From Euglena gracilis (lineage: Eukaryota), in assembly GCA_039621445.1 (NCBI GenBank), contig CP154954.1:21526954-21590953 (forward strand): a stretch of DNA of 64,000 bases, written 5' to 3'. The translations under genes and the position numbers were made by a program. The notes under the pieces were generated by a model. The model was not told where the DNA came from and did no database searches. It was given only the letters and a program-made list of their open reading frames with translations. Shown here one piece after another: positions 12,201 through 26,800 of this stretch. Within the stretch, counting starts at the first letter, position 1. The number at the start of each line of letters is the position of its first letter.

Positions 12201-15200
12201 TCACTCCAACTGGCACTTCGCGTGCTGCTGGTGGCACTGAGGACAGAATTGCAATTGGGAATGGAAGACAGTCAGAGAGAAAAAATACAAACACACACAT
12301 CCACACACGCGCACACACACAGAGAGAGAGAAAGGGGGGGGACAAAAGATCTTAAAAAGATGAGGTGCCCCAGCAGGAAACCCCCAGCAGGAAACATGAC
12401 ATCTGACCATTTTGGTGGTCAATCCTGTAACCACCCTCCCAGGACCTGGTCCGGAGGATTATTTTGAGTGGGGAAAAAGCAAAAAAGCAAAAAATCACTT
12501 CAAAAACAACTTCAAAAACAACTTCAAAAAAGACTGCAAAGACACAAATACAAATAACCATTGAACACCCCGTGAAGATCTTTCACGTTCCTTTGGCCGA
12601 TTTGGACTCCGCAGAAGGGGGCAGTTTTGGACCGGGATCTTCACCGACAGACCCCCCAAAAATAGATGGCAGCCCCATACCACTGGACCCCCCCCCCGGG
12701 GGTCCCAGTGGTATGGCCTGGGGGGGGGGGCGGGGATTTTTTTTAAGACCGGGGGGGGGGGGCGGGGGTTCCCCTCACCCACCCCCCAAGGGGGGGGGGC
12801 CTGCATCCGGGACCCCAGCGGAACCCAGCCTCTCCGTGGCGCAGGGGAGAAACGGCCCCCCACTCCGCCCCAGGGGGTACGGCTAACTGAGTACCTCCTG
12901 GGATGAGGTGGACACCCCCCACCTGTCACTCTAGACACCCCACTCCAGCCCCAGCCCTCTGCAGGTCCACTCCCTCGGTCCGCTGCGGCCGTCGTCCTCT
13001 CGATGTTCTATCGGGCCGCCGTCCTCTCGATTTTCTCTTGGTCCCAGCCACCCACCCACCCACCACCCAACCCAGCCGGCAGCCCCAGCCCCACCCACAC
13101 CCAGCCCAGCCAGCGGCCCCGGCCCCGCCCCCTCCCAGCCCAGCCGGCAGCTCCCCCCCTCCAGGGTCCGGCTCACCCCCCCCCCCCCCCCACCCCCTGC
13201 GGGGGGCCGACCCACCCCCCCCCCCCCCTCCGGGGGTCCGACCCACACCCCCCCCCCCTCCGGGGGTCCGACCCACACCCCCCCCCTCCGGGGTGCAGGC
13301 TGCTAGAACCCAAGTTCTATGGATGTCGTCTTACACACCACGACCCCTCCCCACACGGACGGCTGCACATTGGATGCCCCCCCCCGGCCTGCACCACTGA
13401 CACCAACCGATCCCTCCCCCCGGCCTTTTGGTTGCTTTTCGGCATGCACAAACACACCCAAGACTCTCGTAGCAGGTGATAAGTGTTTCCGGAAGATCCA
13501 ACCCAATATCCCCGAGACGTCTCTCACCCCCCCCGCCCCGGCCCTTGGCCTGCCAACACGCCCCCTCCTCTGTTTTCTACGTCGTCCTCTCTCGGTCCAC
13601 CGCGGCCGTCGTCCTGTCGTTGTTCTCTTTCGGTCCACCGTGGCCGTCGTCCTGTCGTTGTTCTCTTTCGGTCCACCGCGGCCGTCGACCTGTCGTTGTT
13701 CTCTCTCGGTCCACCGCGGCCGTCGTCCTGTCGTTGTTCTCTTTCGGTCCACCGCGGCCGTCGACCTGTCGTTGTTCTCTCTCGGTCCACCGCGGCCGTC
13801 GACCTGTCGTTGTTCTCCCTCGGTCCACCGCGGCCGTCGTCCTCTCGATCTTCCTACCCGCCATCGACCCCGGAGCTGCTCTCGGCCCCCATCAGCCCTG
13901 TTGAGCCCCACACGATCTCCTGTGCCGGCCCATGCCATCATCCCGTCTTCTGTCCGCTCTCTGTCCTGCTCCTCAGCAGGCACGCCCTCATCCATCCATC
14001 ATATCATCCCGGCCTCTGCCCCCCAGCGGGCACGCCCTCATCCCTCCATCACATCCGGGCCCCGGGTAGGCCCCTTGGAGGCAGGGCCATAGAGGCCTTG
14101 TCGACCTTGGGCATTGCAGTGAAGTGGGGCGCTTCTAATCCTAATCCTAATCCCAAGGGGGGGGGGCTCGGCCGGACCCACCCACCCACCCTACCCCCCC
14201 CTCCCCCCCCCACGACTAAAACAACCCCTGGGCGGGGGTCCCACTTGTGTGGGGGGCTGCTAAATAGACTTCCTACCAAAATTGGAGTTTTTCAGCAACT
14301 GACCCAAAAAAATTGACCGGGTTCCAGGTGCATATTATTTGCACCTGGAAGTATGAAGTATGCAAGCACCTATGAAATGGCGTGACTGGGCGTGGCTGGG
14401 CATGACTGGCTTTAAAGAACCTCACAGGTGGGGTTCCGTGACTGGGCATGACTGGGCGTGACTGGCTCATTTTGGCCATATTTTTTTTGGCCATTTTTGC
14501 CCCGTTTGGCCCCTTTTGGCCACTTTCAAATATTTTGGGCCACTTTTGGCTGCTTTTGCTTGCCTTTGGCCATTTTAATCATTATTATTAATCTATTTTT
14601 GCCCACTTTCGATAGATTTTTTAGGCCACCTTTGGACCATTTTTGGCCACTTTTGACCACATTTTCCTATTTTGAAATTGAAAGCAGCAATAAGTGCCCA
14701 TGGCCAAAAGCAACAAAAAAAAGTGGCCAAAAGCAGCGAAAAGCAACAAAAAGTGGCTAAAAGCGGTCAAAAACAGCAAGAAGTGGCCTCAAAATGGCCA
14801 AAGAGCAACAGAAGCGGCCTACTGTGGGCAAAAGTGGCCAAAGGTGGGCAAAAATGGCCAGAGGTGGGCAAAAGTGGGCAACGAAAGCCAAAAGTGGCCC
14901 AAAAATGACCAAAAGTGACTAAACAGCAACTAAAAGCTGCCAAAAGTGACCAAAAACAGCCAGAAGATGGGCAAACGTGGCAAAAAGCCTGTCGTTTAAA
15001 GTTGGGGTGACTGGGGTTTCTAGTGGCATGCGTGGCAGGCGTGGGTGTGACTGGGTGTAACTGGGCATGACTGGGCCTGGGATTCTGGATGACCATAGGT
15101 GCTTGGTGATATGCACCTAAAATATTCTGTACACTGGAAAATGAGCAATAAAAATGCCTTTTCCCTCACTTTTGCATATTGCATATTTTTTTATATTAGG

Positions 15201-17714
15201 TGTTTTCCGCATAAAAAATTTACAAAAAAAATCAAAAATACGAGCATTTTTGGATTCATTTTCAAAGAAAAATCAGGGATTTTCCACCAATTTTGGCCTG
15301 GTATTTGGCCTTTTGCCCATCCACAACCGAGATTTTCCCGGACCCCTCAATTTCGAGGTAGGTGGGGGGGTCTGACCCCCCCTCCATGTTGGGAGGAGGG
15401 GGGGCATTTCTGCCCACCCCTATACAGGAGCGACCATGCCCCCGATTACCAGGCACAGGACTTTTGTGAAATTCAGGGTGCGCTGAGCATGCTTGACATC
15501 GGAGTTAGGGTTAAGGTTAGATTTATGGTCTGAGAATTATCGAATAAATTTCTTTGTGGGTCTACATGTCCTACCTTTCCAAACCATGTCAAATTTGCTG
15601 CAAATGTTACTCTTGTGGATGCACTTAAGCGTAAAAACACCCAACCCTCATTTAACCAATGGCTGAAGAAGCTAAAGCACTTGCCTATTTGGGGGGGGGG
15701 CACTATTCGGAACGTTGGTTGAAAACCGAGGGGGAGGCTTCTATCCGGGGGGGGGGGGGCTTTTATTCGGGGGGGTTACCCCCCTCCCCTCGGGGTCCAA
15801 GACTAAAAAAAACCCTGGCATTAACATCAACATTAACCAAGCAAAACTGTCAAACAAAACAGGACAGGGTTGAACAAACAAAAAATGCGAATTATTTGTG
15901 TCTTCAGTCCTGATGGATGAAAAGCCGTGAGCAAAGCAAACCCCCCATTTTCCTTCACCCTGAGTTGGACTACATTGCAAAACAAAATTTTTTAGGGTGT
16001 TGACAGAGGGGGGGAGTCCAAACCTGCAACACTCGGAAGGTCCGGGTTCCGCTTCCGGAATGCATCCAGGACTGCTGCTGCAGCGGCGCGCACCTCCCCG
16101 GCCTGGCTCCCCTGGAACTCCGGCAGACTGGCCCGGGGCAGGGATCGCTGGACACCCCCCCACCAGGGGTTTTTTTAAGCCCGGGGGGGGGGGAGGGGGG
16201 GTTCCCCCCACCCACCCACCCCCTGGGGGGGGACCCCCCGGGGGGGGAGGGGGTCCCGGGGGACCCACAAAAAATGGCCGAAAAATCGCGAAAAGTGCTA
16301 AAAATAGAATTTTTCGGTGCCTGCGGCGCCGAAAAGTATATCCCACCCCCCTCCGGGGGGCCCCCCCCCGGGGGGGGGGGGCTCGGCCGGACCCACCCAC
16401 CCTACCCCCCCCCCGGGGGTCCAAACTTAAAAAAATCCCTGCCCCCCACCGCCCTGAGCAGGGGCCAGGGGTTTTTTTTTAAGACAGGGGGGGTCCCCCC
16501 ACCCACCCACCCCCTGGGGGGATCCCGGGGGATCCAACCCAATTTTCCCTGAAAAGGCCAAAAAATCGCGAAAAATGCTAAAAATAGCACCCCGTTCAAA
16601 AAATTTTTTGGCGCGTTCGGTGCCGAAAAATATACCCCACTCCCCTCTGGGAGACCCCCCGAGGGGGGGCTCAGCCAGACCCACCCACCCCCCGGGGGTC
16701 CAAGACTAAAAAAATAACCCTTGGCAGGGGCATCCCCTTCAGCGTGCAACGACACCCTGGCCACAATCTGGTCCACGGTGAGGGCGAGGGTGCCGGTCTG
16801 CAGGGCGAAGTTCCGCACCGCCCGGACGGCGCTGCTCAGGATGCCGGCCCGGTCGAATGGGGGGTAATCGTCGTCGGCGGGCATCGTGACGACCACCTGC
16901 CCTGGGAGGGATGGGCCAGGACGCTGCAGAGATGCAGAGCACTTCTCCTTCAGCCTTTCTTTTATTATGATTAAACGAGAGCTTGGTGAGCAGAAACCAT
17001 CCCGATGCATCGGAGTAACAAGATTCCGGGATGGAATGGAAATCATTTCTAAAAAGACCACGCAAATGCAGCAGACATATACAGCAGGGACACTAATTAT
17101 AATTATTATAATATTATACTAATTCTAATCATTAATACTAATTACACCTATTGCTAATGCTAATTATAATATATATATATAATATAAAATTATAATTATA
17201 ATTATAATTATTTGTTCACCCAAATTTTGAGGGTGGTACCCGGCACCCTGCTGGCCGCTGCCCCACAGCAGTGCCCCAGCCAGCTCTGCTGCAGCGCGCT
17301 CTGGAAAAGCCAATTCTACGAGAGCCAAAACTTGTGGGTTCTCGTGGTCAGTTAGGTCGTGGGCCTGGGGGAGGGGTGGGTGGGTAATAAGATGTTGCGT
17401 ACGGGGTTGACATCTGATAAACCAGTTGAGGATGCCACTGCATACCTTCTTCCGAGGCCAAATCATATGCTGCAATCCGTGGGCCAACTGAGAGGACACA
17501 AAGGGCACAGGAAGGTACTTCGTTCAGGGGAAAAAAAAGAGAGAGAACAATCAAAAAAAAATGCATGAAAAAATGAACTTTTTGATGACCAGTGGACCTT
17601 AGAGATGTGGCCGATAAAATATAAACATCTGGTCAAAGAAACTTAAAATACGTAACTGGGGGAACAAAAATAAATAATTTGGGTCCAAAAATTTTTTGGC
17701 CAATTTCAAATTTG

Positions 17715-17802
<88 letters not shown>

Positions 17803-20800
17803 ACCCACCCACCCACCCACACACACACACACTGACATTGGAAAAAGCCATTAATTTTGGGTCCTATGGCCATTACTGTGAGCCACGTGGCCATTATTTT
17901 GGGGCCAGGTGGGCATTCATTTGGGGTGAGGTGGCTGTCAAGCACATATGGTTATCCAGAGTCCCAGACCCAGTCACACCCAATCACGCCCAGTCACACC
18001 CAGCCACGCCAAAAAAAACCCCAGTCATCCCAGCTTCCCTCCATCACCTTTGAGGTTCTCAATGGGGCCCCTTCAACTTCTTGGTTGTTTTTGACCACTT
18101 TTGGCCAGTTGGCCCTTTCATGCCGCTTCTGGCCACATTTGGCCACTTTGCCAACTTTCAGCCACTTTGGCTGCTTCTTTGCTGCTTTTCAATTGAGTGG
18201 GCAATGCCAAAACAAAACTTAACGCATTTGGATTTGGAGTTACTTTCCCAAAACTTCCCAAGAATCCAACACTGTGTGCGACTGTGAAAAACCAGCGAAC
18301 AAGGAAGGAGGGGTTGGGCACCTTCCAAATGAGGATTCTGGCGGCGCCACACTTCCAAAACCATGTCAGCAAGGTCCGCTGCTTTCACAGTCAGTTTTCC
18401 GGCCCAAAGACAGGGATGTGCGAATGCAAGGGGAACGCAACTTGAAAATGTGACCATAAAAAAATAGATAAAAATTGTCAAAATGCCCCCACCCACCCTT
18501 TGGCTGATGGTCAACTGAGCTGATGAACAAGATGGTGTGTGCATGAGGTGTGCATGAGCACATCTCACACGGATGAAAGAGAAAATTGATCACTTCGAAA
18601 TGATTGCAATTTGCTTTGTCCCCAGCTGCAGGAAAAAACCGGGGTGGCAGGAAAGAAGCTGCTGGCTGACCCCCACCCCAGAGATCCCCCCTGGATGGAA
18701 CTGGACCTGACTGACCTAAGTTGAATGGACCTGGAAAAACTGCAAAGAAGAGCAGAATCACAAAATAATAAGCCATTTAAACCTTGAGCTGGGCAATCCA
18801 TTACCAAGCAATTGAGCAATTGAACAATTTTTGTCCAATGTATTTCCGTTTCCAATGCCAAGCTGCCGAAGGGGGCTGGACAAGGAGTGAAAACGGTCTA
18901 CAGGGAGAGAAGGGGGTTAGCCCCATTTGGTTTTAAATCTGTGACTGGATTTAAATCTGTGACTGAACAACAAATCTTTCACAAATCAATCAAACAAACT
19001 ATGAAAGAACAAAAGCGACATATTGGAGGTGAGCAGTGCTGTTCCCAAGCCCTGTCCTTTGCATCAGGTTCCAGGAGGGATTTCCCCAAGTCATGGTGGG
19101 CAATTTTCAAATTGCCATTGGCAACAACGAAGTTCTCCAAGAGGCGGGAGGCGAAATCAACCATCTCATTGTAAAATGGGTACTCGTCTCGCAAAGGGAC
19201 CTTGAAGCGAAAAGCGCTGTAGCCATCTGCGAGACGTGGTGTGAGAAAATGCAGAAGCAGCATTTTCTTTAACAGGGTATCCTCAAAATATGGTCAACCC
19301 AGTTGCTTTCTTGAAATCCAGCCAAGTGGGGGGTGGCTTTATCCTTTCCGCTTTCTGGGATTTCATCCTGCTGGTGCTGAGTATGAGAAAAAGATAATCC
19401 CACAACATGTGAAAGGTGACATAAAATGCAGGCTTCTTTTTAAGACCCGGGGGGAGGGGGTCCCCCCATCCACCCAACCTGGCGCGGGACCACAGGGGGC
19501 GGGACCCCCAAAAATCGGGCCGTCTGAGGCCATTCCCCCCCCAAAAAACACCGGCGCTTCGCGGCAGAACCCATGCCCAGGCCTTCCAGGGACCCCCCCC
19601 AGCAGGGTTCAAAACCACCCATCACCCATTCATCCCCCCGCTGGGGGGGGGTCTTCTGACTTTAAAAAAAAACAGCCTGATAAATGGCATTGTGAAAAGC
19701 AAACTGTCAGTCCATGGAGATGCACACCTGATTCTTAATCCATCCCATTTAACAGTGCGCAGTCACCCCATATTGCAAAATTTTTCCTGATTTTTCCAGT
19801 GTCCATTTTCCTTTTTTTGCCTTTTCTTGGTTTGAGTGTCCATGTTGCATCCACCCCAATTGCAAGACATCTGTTGAACGTCGTATTTCAACACTTTATG
19901 GCTTTTTGAGTAAATTCTCCCAGACATGACTCCCGGCAAAACTGTCCTTTGGGGCCTATTTCATTGATCAGAGGGTTTACTATTCACGTCCTAGGGGGCT
20001 TTATAGAAATTCGCCAGCACTTTGTGCCGAAAGGCATATCCGGCAGAGTTCAAAGGACAGGTGGGCAGGGTGAGTCGGTCCCTCCAGTCCAGAGGGGGAG
20101 CACCCCCCCTCCTGCACAGGTGCTCGGTCTGGGTGACCAATTTCGGCGCCGTCGCAAAGCGCCGGGCCGGAAAAGCTTGCACCTTAAACCCGGCCGGAAA
20201 TGCCAAAAAGTGGAAAACTTTTGGAAAAAAATTGCCAGAAATGCCAAAAAGTTTCGGCTCGAAATGGCAGAAGGAAAAAATACCCCCCACCCAGGATCGG
20301 TCTGGAACCACCCCCACGGGGGGGGGGGGTACGAACCCCCTCTCCTTCACCCTTGGGGACAGGGGGCTTTTTAAGACCAGGGGGGAGGAGGTCGCACCCA
20401 CCCACCCACCCCCTGGGCCCCCCAGGGGGAGGTCCCAGGGACCAGCCACCCTAACCCCCTTCCCCCATGGGCAGGGCAGAACGGGAAGGCCTGGTAAGGG
20501 GGGGTCGACGGCTCCGTGCGGATTTCCGGTGGTCGCCGTCGTGGTGGTCGGGCCGACCATGGTCGGGCCGACCAATGGTGGTCGGGCCAGACATTCATTT
20601 AGTGTGGTTCACAAAAGACGTGTGAACCACAATTTTTTTTTCTGGTGTCCACAGGTGAACCACAATTTTTTTTTTGGTGTCCACAGGTGAACCACAAAAA
20701 AATTTTTGGTGTCCACAGGTGAACCACAAAAATTTTTGTGGTGTCCACAAAAATTGATTGAGGATCGACAAAAAAATAAAATTTACACCTAAAGGCGGAT

Positions 20801-23800
20801 TGATCTTTGGACACCTCAGCCACATTCTGAGCCTTGGCCCTGGCTCAATCCACGAAGCGTGGCAGTTGGAATTGGACAGATTGCTATCGAGAGTTCTCAA
20901 GCAGACGTGCTGTATGGACAACTTACCCAACACGGATACCATCAAAAAGTTAAGTACTGGCGTCGATGAAGCGGAATTCCGCTTCATGCAAGCAGAAACA
21001 CGCGACAATTATCGTGGGGCTTTGGCATGGTTGTGGACATTGGGAGCGTTGTGGGGCATTGTGGGATGTCAGTTGAGTGCCTCAGTGCCTGAAAAAGTGC
21101 CTGAAAGATCGGAAATGCCATGTGCTTTGTTTTGAGGTAGGAGCCGGAAAGCCACTTCATTGGTGTGGTGTCAGATCTTCAACTTGACCATTCAATGAAA
21201 GACCACATTCAGTATAGTTTTTCATTCAGAAAGGTAAATGTCAGCCTCATTCTGGTTTTTGCAGTTTGGCAGTATGAGATAATTAAAAAGTATTATGTCA
21301 GCATGAGGAAGCGGGTAATCGCTTCATATTTGCTCTGCTTTTTTTTTGCAGGTTTTACGCCAATGTCGTGTCGAAATGTCCTTCCAAGTAAAGCACGGGG
21401 AAGTCTGTATCGTTTCGCCTGTTCTACCCTTCGTAAATCGTGCAATTGTCTCCACGCGGTTTGACGTATTTGCATTATGCACTTTGGATAGTGACATTCA
21501 ATTTCTGTTCAGTTTGTTCAGTTTCTGTTATCTTCATAAATTTCATAAATGTTAACGTTCTTCGTTGTTATTGGGGTTGGAATATCGTTTGGTGATTGTT
21601 GATCATTTCAATTCATACTATTATTTTCTACGGATTCTTTCAAAGCGGTTTTACACTTCCTTTTTGGTGTGCAAACATTATGCATATTTTTTTACATTAC
21701 ATTATGTATGATTCATTGCGTTCAGTTTTCGTTGCACATCTCCTGCTTTTGAAGCGGAATGCAATATTTACCGCTTCCATTTTTTAATTTTTCTGTTTCG
21801 TTCCTTCGGGGCCTACGGCAGCAGAAACGACGCTTGTTTTTGTCGGTTCCTCCTGTTCAGGTGTTTCTTGATTGGTTTTGTTGATTACTGGAATTCGAAA
21901 GTAAATTGGCCTTCTTAGGTCTGTTTTCGACTGTATAGGTAAAATCAGAATCTCTTCAAAAAAAATCGAAAACTATGACCCTTTTTTGGAAGTGGTTTTC
22001 TGCTTCCTCTTCTGTTTTTAGAGCACCAGAATTTTTGGCCAACTTACACCGCCTGAGTCAAACATGTCCAAAGAAGGTTGCTTCATTGCTGTTGACGAGA
22101 AAGAAAATGATGCAAATGTCAGCAGGCAGTGGAAAAATTTTTGGTGTCCACATGTGAACCACAAATATTACTTTGGTGTCCACAGGTGAACCACAAAATT
22201 TTTTTTGGTGTCCACAAGTGAACCACAAAAAAAATTTTGGTGTCCACAGGTGAACCACAAAAATTTTTGTGGTGTCCACAGTGAACCACAAAATGACAAC
22301 CTTGGTGTACCACACTAAATGAATGTCTGGGTCGGGCCGACCACCATTTTTTTGCACTACCCCCCCCTTCTGGAGATTTAAGCCCCCCCCCCCCCCTCGG
22401 GGAAAACAGAGCTGAGTCGCTTTTGTAAGTCACTTGGTCACCCCCCGCACCCCCCTCAAATAACAAAGGAGCCCAGACACCGGGGGGGGGGGACCCCCCC
22501 CCCTGTCGTGGTCCGAACTTAACCAGACAAGGGGGGGGGGGGATTCTCGGGACCCGAACTTGACTGCCTAGCTCCCAAAATCCCTATACCAAAACCCTAT
22601 ATCTAACCCTAACCCTAACCGTATACCTAACCCTAACCCTATACCTAACCCTGATCCGAACCCTAACCCTAACCCTAACCCTAACCCTACTCCTTCATTG
22701 ACCGGCTTAGAAAAATTTCAATTTTGAGGACTACAGCCGGCTGTTCAGAAACGTGATAAATTGGCCCCTACAAGGTACCAGCTACCCCAAAGAGCCGCCC
22801 AACTAGGGTTAATACACATGGGGGGACCCTCGCTCGGCGCCTTTGGCGCCTCGCTCGGGTCCCCCCATGTTTTTAACCCTAGTTGGGCGGCTCTTTGGGT
22901 TCGCTGGGTACCTTGTAGAGACCAATCTAACAACGTTGAGCGGGAAATGTTCTGCTGTTTGGATAAGAATCGTAACCCTAACCCTACTCCTTCAAATAAC
23001 CTCATAAATTCTTTTTGGACACAAGAAAACGCCATCAGCAAATTCTTTATAACAAAATCCCCCCTATGTTGGCAACATACTTGAGTGCTAAGTCCTTTTT
23101 GTGCAAAATTTTGCCATTATATTGAAAATCCAACGGGGAGAGGTGTTCTTCTGCCAAAAGTGACCCCAAAATGGGCATATCCCCCCCAAGTTTTTGCATA
23201 TTCACCCCCGATTGGGGGGTTCTGGAGCCATTTAAATGGGTTTTGACTGGCGTTGGGGTGATTTGGACAAAAGTTTTTTTCAGGGGGGGGGCTTAAATCT
23301 CCAGAAAGGGGGGGGTAGTGCAAAAAAATGGTGGTCGGGCCGACCACCACAGGTCGGGCCGACCATGGTCGGCCCGACCACCACGACGGCGACCACCGGA
23401 AATCCGCTCGGGGCCGGGGTCGACCCCCCCCACCCGGGAGGTGGGGGGGTCGACCCCCCCAACCCACCACAGCATTTTCACCGATTTCGGGAAAACGGGG
23501 ATTTTGACCAGAAAAATTTAGAAATTTTTTTTGAAAAATGAACCCAAATACATGATTTTTTGATGGAAAAACACATTTTTATCACAAAAAAATCTCAAAA
23601 AATTCAGGGTTAATTGGTAGTTTTTAGGAGGGGGGTGAAAAAGCCGAAAATCAAAAAAGTGTACCAAACTTTGGGACAGTCAAAATTTACCAAAATGGGT
23701 CAAAAAAAAACACCCGGCGCCGAAGGCGCCGGAAAATTTTTTTCGGGTTCAAAAATTGGTGCTCCCGGAAAATACGGGAAGAGGTGGTGGGGGGGGGTCG

Positions 23801-26800
23801 ACCCCCCCCCCCACCCACCACCCTGGCTGTTCGGCCGATTCCCGTTCTGCCCTGCCCTTGGGAGAGGGGGTCCAAAGCTAAAAAAAAAACCCCTGCTTGG
23901 GGAGTGTCAGCAAAATAATAACTTGGCCAAGCCAGGTGGTTTTCGCATCACAAGCACACTATACTAAGCCAATAACCAATTCCAAAAAAATTTTCACTTC
24001 TGTCAGAAAACCAATAAGCCCCATCATAAAAGCAATTGGACGAGGACAATACCACTGGGCTCCTTTTGTGTGACTGCTGGCTCCACAACTTTTGATGCTG
24101 GTTTCGGTTCAGGAACAGGTTTTGCAACCACAGCAGGCTCTGGCTCTGCAACACGTGCAGGTTCAGCCCTTGAGGCATATGCCGGTTCTGGTTCGACAAC
24201 ATGTGCTGGTTCAGCCCTGATGACATATTCCGGCTCTGGCTCTGCAACGTGAACTGGTGCTTCCCTTGAGATATACTCCAGCTCTGGCTCTGCATACACG
24301 GGCTGTGGTTCAGCCACAACCTCTCTCTCGACCACCTCTTCCTCCACAACTCCTTCATAATGCTCTTCGTAATACTCTTCTGTCAGAGAAAAAAATGTGG
24401 AATGGGCATTGGGAAACAATCATGTTTGGAATGGAGCTGTAATGATGATGCTTCCGGCAAAAGCAGATGGTTCAGCAAACCTCGGCCAACTGGTTCAGGG
24501 GCCTCTTCTCTTGGATATTCATCCTCAAGCCCTGAAAAGAGGTCCAAGAAAAAGGTTTTACAGGAAAAGTCCAGGTGGAGCTGTCCACCACAAATTCATT
24601 TGGCTTCATCAGCTTTTAAAGCCACATCAGACGTATACTCAGTGTGTATGATACACAAATGCTCGGCAATGTACCACAAAAAAGAAAATGCGGATGGATC
24701 AGTTTCTAAGATTTCTAAGATCTGTTTCTAAGATCCCTGGGGAAAGGGTCCCCACACCATCCCGGTGCATGACCCTCCCCGGCGCGGATCCTTCCCCCTG
24801 AAATCAGACCTGAAGAAACCATCTGAAGGCATATTCCAAAAAAATTCCAGTGCTTGCAACAGAACCCATTCCCAGACCGCCAACGCGGGACCATCACCCA
24901 GGATCCCCCAGGTGGGGGGGACAAGTTGAAAAAAGAAAGTAGAAAATAGCTTGTAAACCCTCTTTGATCCACAAGAAACGTAAAAAGATTCTGAACGTTC
25001 TTCCCACATTCCCCCTGTCCACCAACCGGGTTCCTGAAACCCCCAACCAGGGGGGGGGGGCATGCGCGCCCCCGAACGTACCACCACTGACCATGGGGTG
25101 GTCGCAAACACAGGCGCAAAAAACAACCCAATTATCAAAACCACCCACAAACCCCCGACCAGGGGGGTGGTCGTACGCACCTCCTTTCCCGACCTGGGGG
25201 TCGGTGTTTCGGGGTGGTCGGTGGACGGGGGGGGGGGGGCTCAAAAGTGAATGACAACCTTCTTCATGCACCAAAATTCATTCTTTCTCTTTTTTTTAAA
25301 AAAAGATGGGATGAAAAATATTACGTTCTTTTTAACAAAGAAATTTCGCCGCAAAAAATCAATTTCTTTTAAACAAATGAACAAAAGACCTGGGGGGTCG
25401 GTCGGGGTCGGTTTCGACTGGGGGTGGGCGGTTGTTTCGGGGTGGTACGGGGGAACGGGGGTCAAAACGGGGGGCTCATTCACCAAAATTTCATTATTTC
25501 TCTTTTTTTTAAAACAAAGATGATGAAAACTGACAACCCGCCAAACATTCTTTTTTAACAAATGCCACCAAAATTCATTCTTTCTCTTTTTTTTAAAAAA
25601 AGATGGGATGAAAAATATTACGTTCTTTTTAACAAAGAAATTTCGCCGCAAAAAATCAATTTCTTTTAAACAAATGAACAAAAATATTTTGTCAACAAAA
25701 ATGAAGGGTGTATTGAATATTTTTTTTGTTAAACCGTCCAACCACGTTGTATTTCGGGAACTCTGGGCCTTTCTCCATTTGCAAAATGTTCAAAAAACCG
25801 CAGAATATGACATTTGTAATTGCCCCGAAAAATATATGGTTCTGTTATTAAATAGAAGCATTGGTATCAGCTCCTGCCTGCCCAGTGCAGGCACCCCCCC
25901 TAGGGGTTCAGATACCATGGACTGAAATGCCGGCACCAATTTCCCCTGAAACACCAATTTTTCCCTGGGCACGGGCACCTTTCGCACTGGGGGGGGGGGG
26001 AGTGCTATCGCACAACCCGCCCCAAAGCCCAACCCCCGCAGGGAGGGGCCGAAAATGCCCAACCCCCTGCCTGCCCACATGTTAGATGCACTTTGGCTTC
26101 TAAGGCCTGGCGCTGCATTCCACCAGAAGCCCTTTCTGCGGAGCAACTCCCAATGATTGTCCGACCCAATATTCAGTGGGTCTTCAAACTTCCATTTTGG
26201 TTTTTCTTTGCCCTTCCCCCCAACCACTTTGGGTCTTTTTTGACGTTTTTTTTGGCTGTTTTGAAACCTCCCAAAAAAAGGCAGAAAATCAGAGGGGTGT
26301 GCGACAGCTTTGGACCAAAATTTTCCAACCGTGGTTTTGTGTGGTTATCCGCCTTTGCAATTTTCGATTGTGTATGAATTGTCTGGTGTGGAGGGGTTCA
26401 TCAGAAAAGGTTTTCCGGGGTTTCTGAGGAGCACCAGAGGAGACAGGGAGGAAGTTGGTGCTGAAATACGTCGTGAGCTTGTGAAATCTGTCAGTCTGAG
26501 ATCTGATTCCCACAAAGCAAAACCATATTGGCGATATTTTCCAGGCGCAAACATACCATGCCCCCCCCCCCATATAAGACCCCCCTGGCCGGCCGAAGGC
26601 CGGCCCTTTGGCCGGGACCGACCCCCCCCATATAAGACCCCCCCCCATATAAGACCCCCCCCCTGGGATTTTGGCACCCGAGGGGGGGCCTTATATGGGG
26701 GGGGGGGGCATGGTATCTCCATATCCCTCCATATCCCTCCACATCATTGTTTGTGGGGAAAGAAAACCCAACCACCAACCAAACCACAAAGAACACCTAA

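Noticed and set aside
13593-13845. CRISPR-like 38-bp repeats
   Set aside because: Head-to-tail units with no unique spacers, no cas genes, eukaryotic context
12903-14316. Long overlapping Pro/Arg-rich ORFs
   Set aside because: Stop-poor GC-rich repeats and minisatellite; open on both strands with no domain signal
22048-22052. 5-nt microexon as the constitutive end of gene A
   Set aside because: Lies inside a TIR/TSD-bounded transposon and is better explained as the end of that element's own first exon; kept only as possible exonisation
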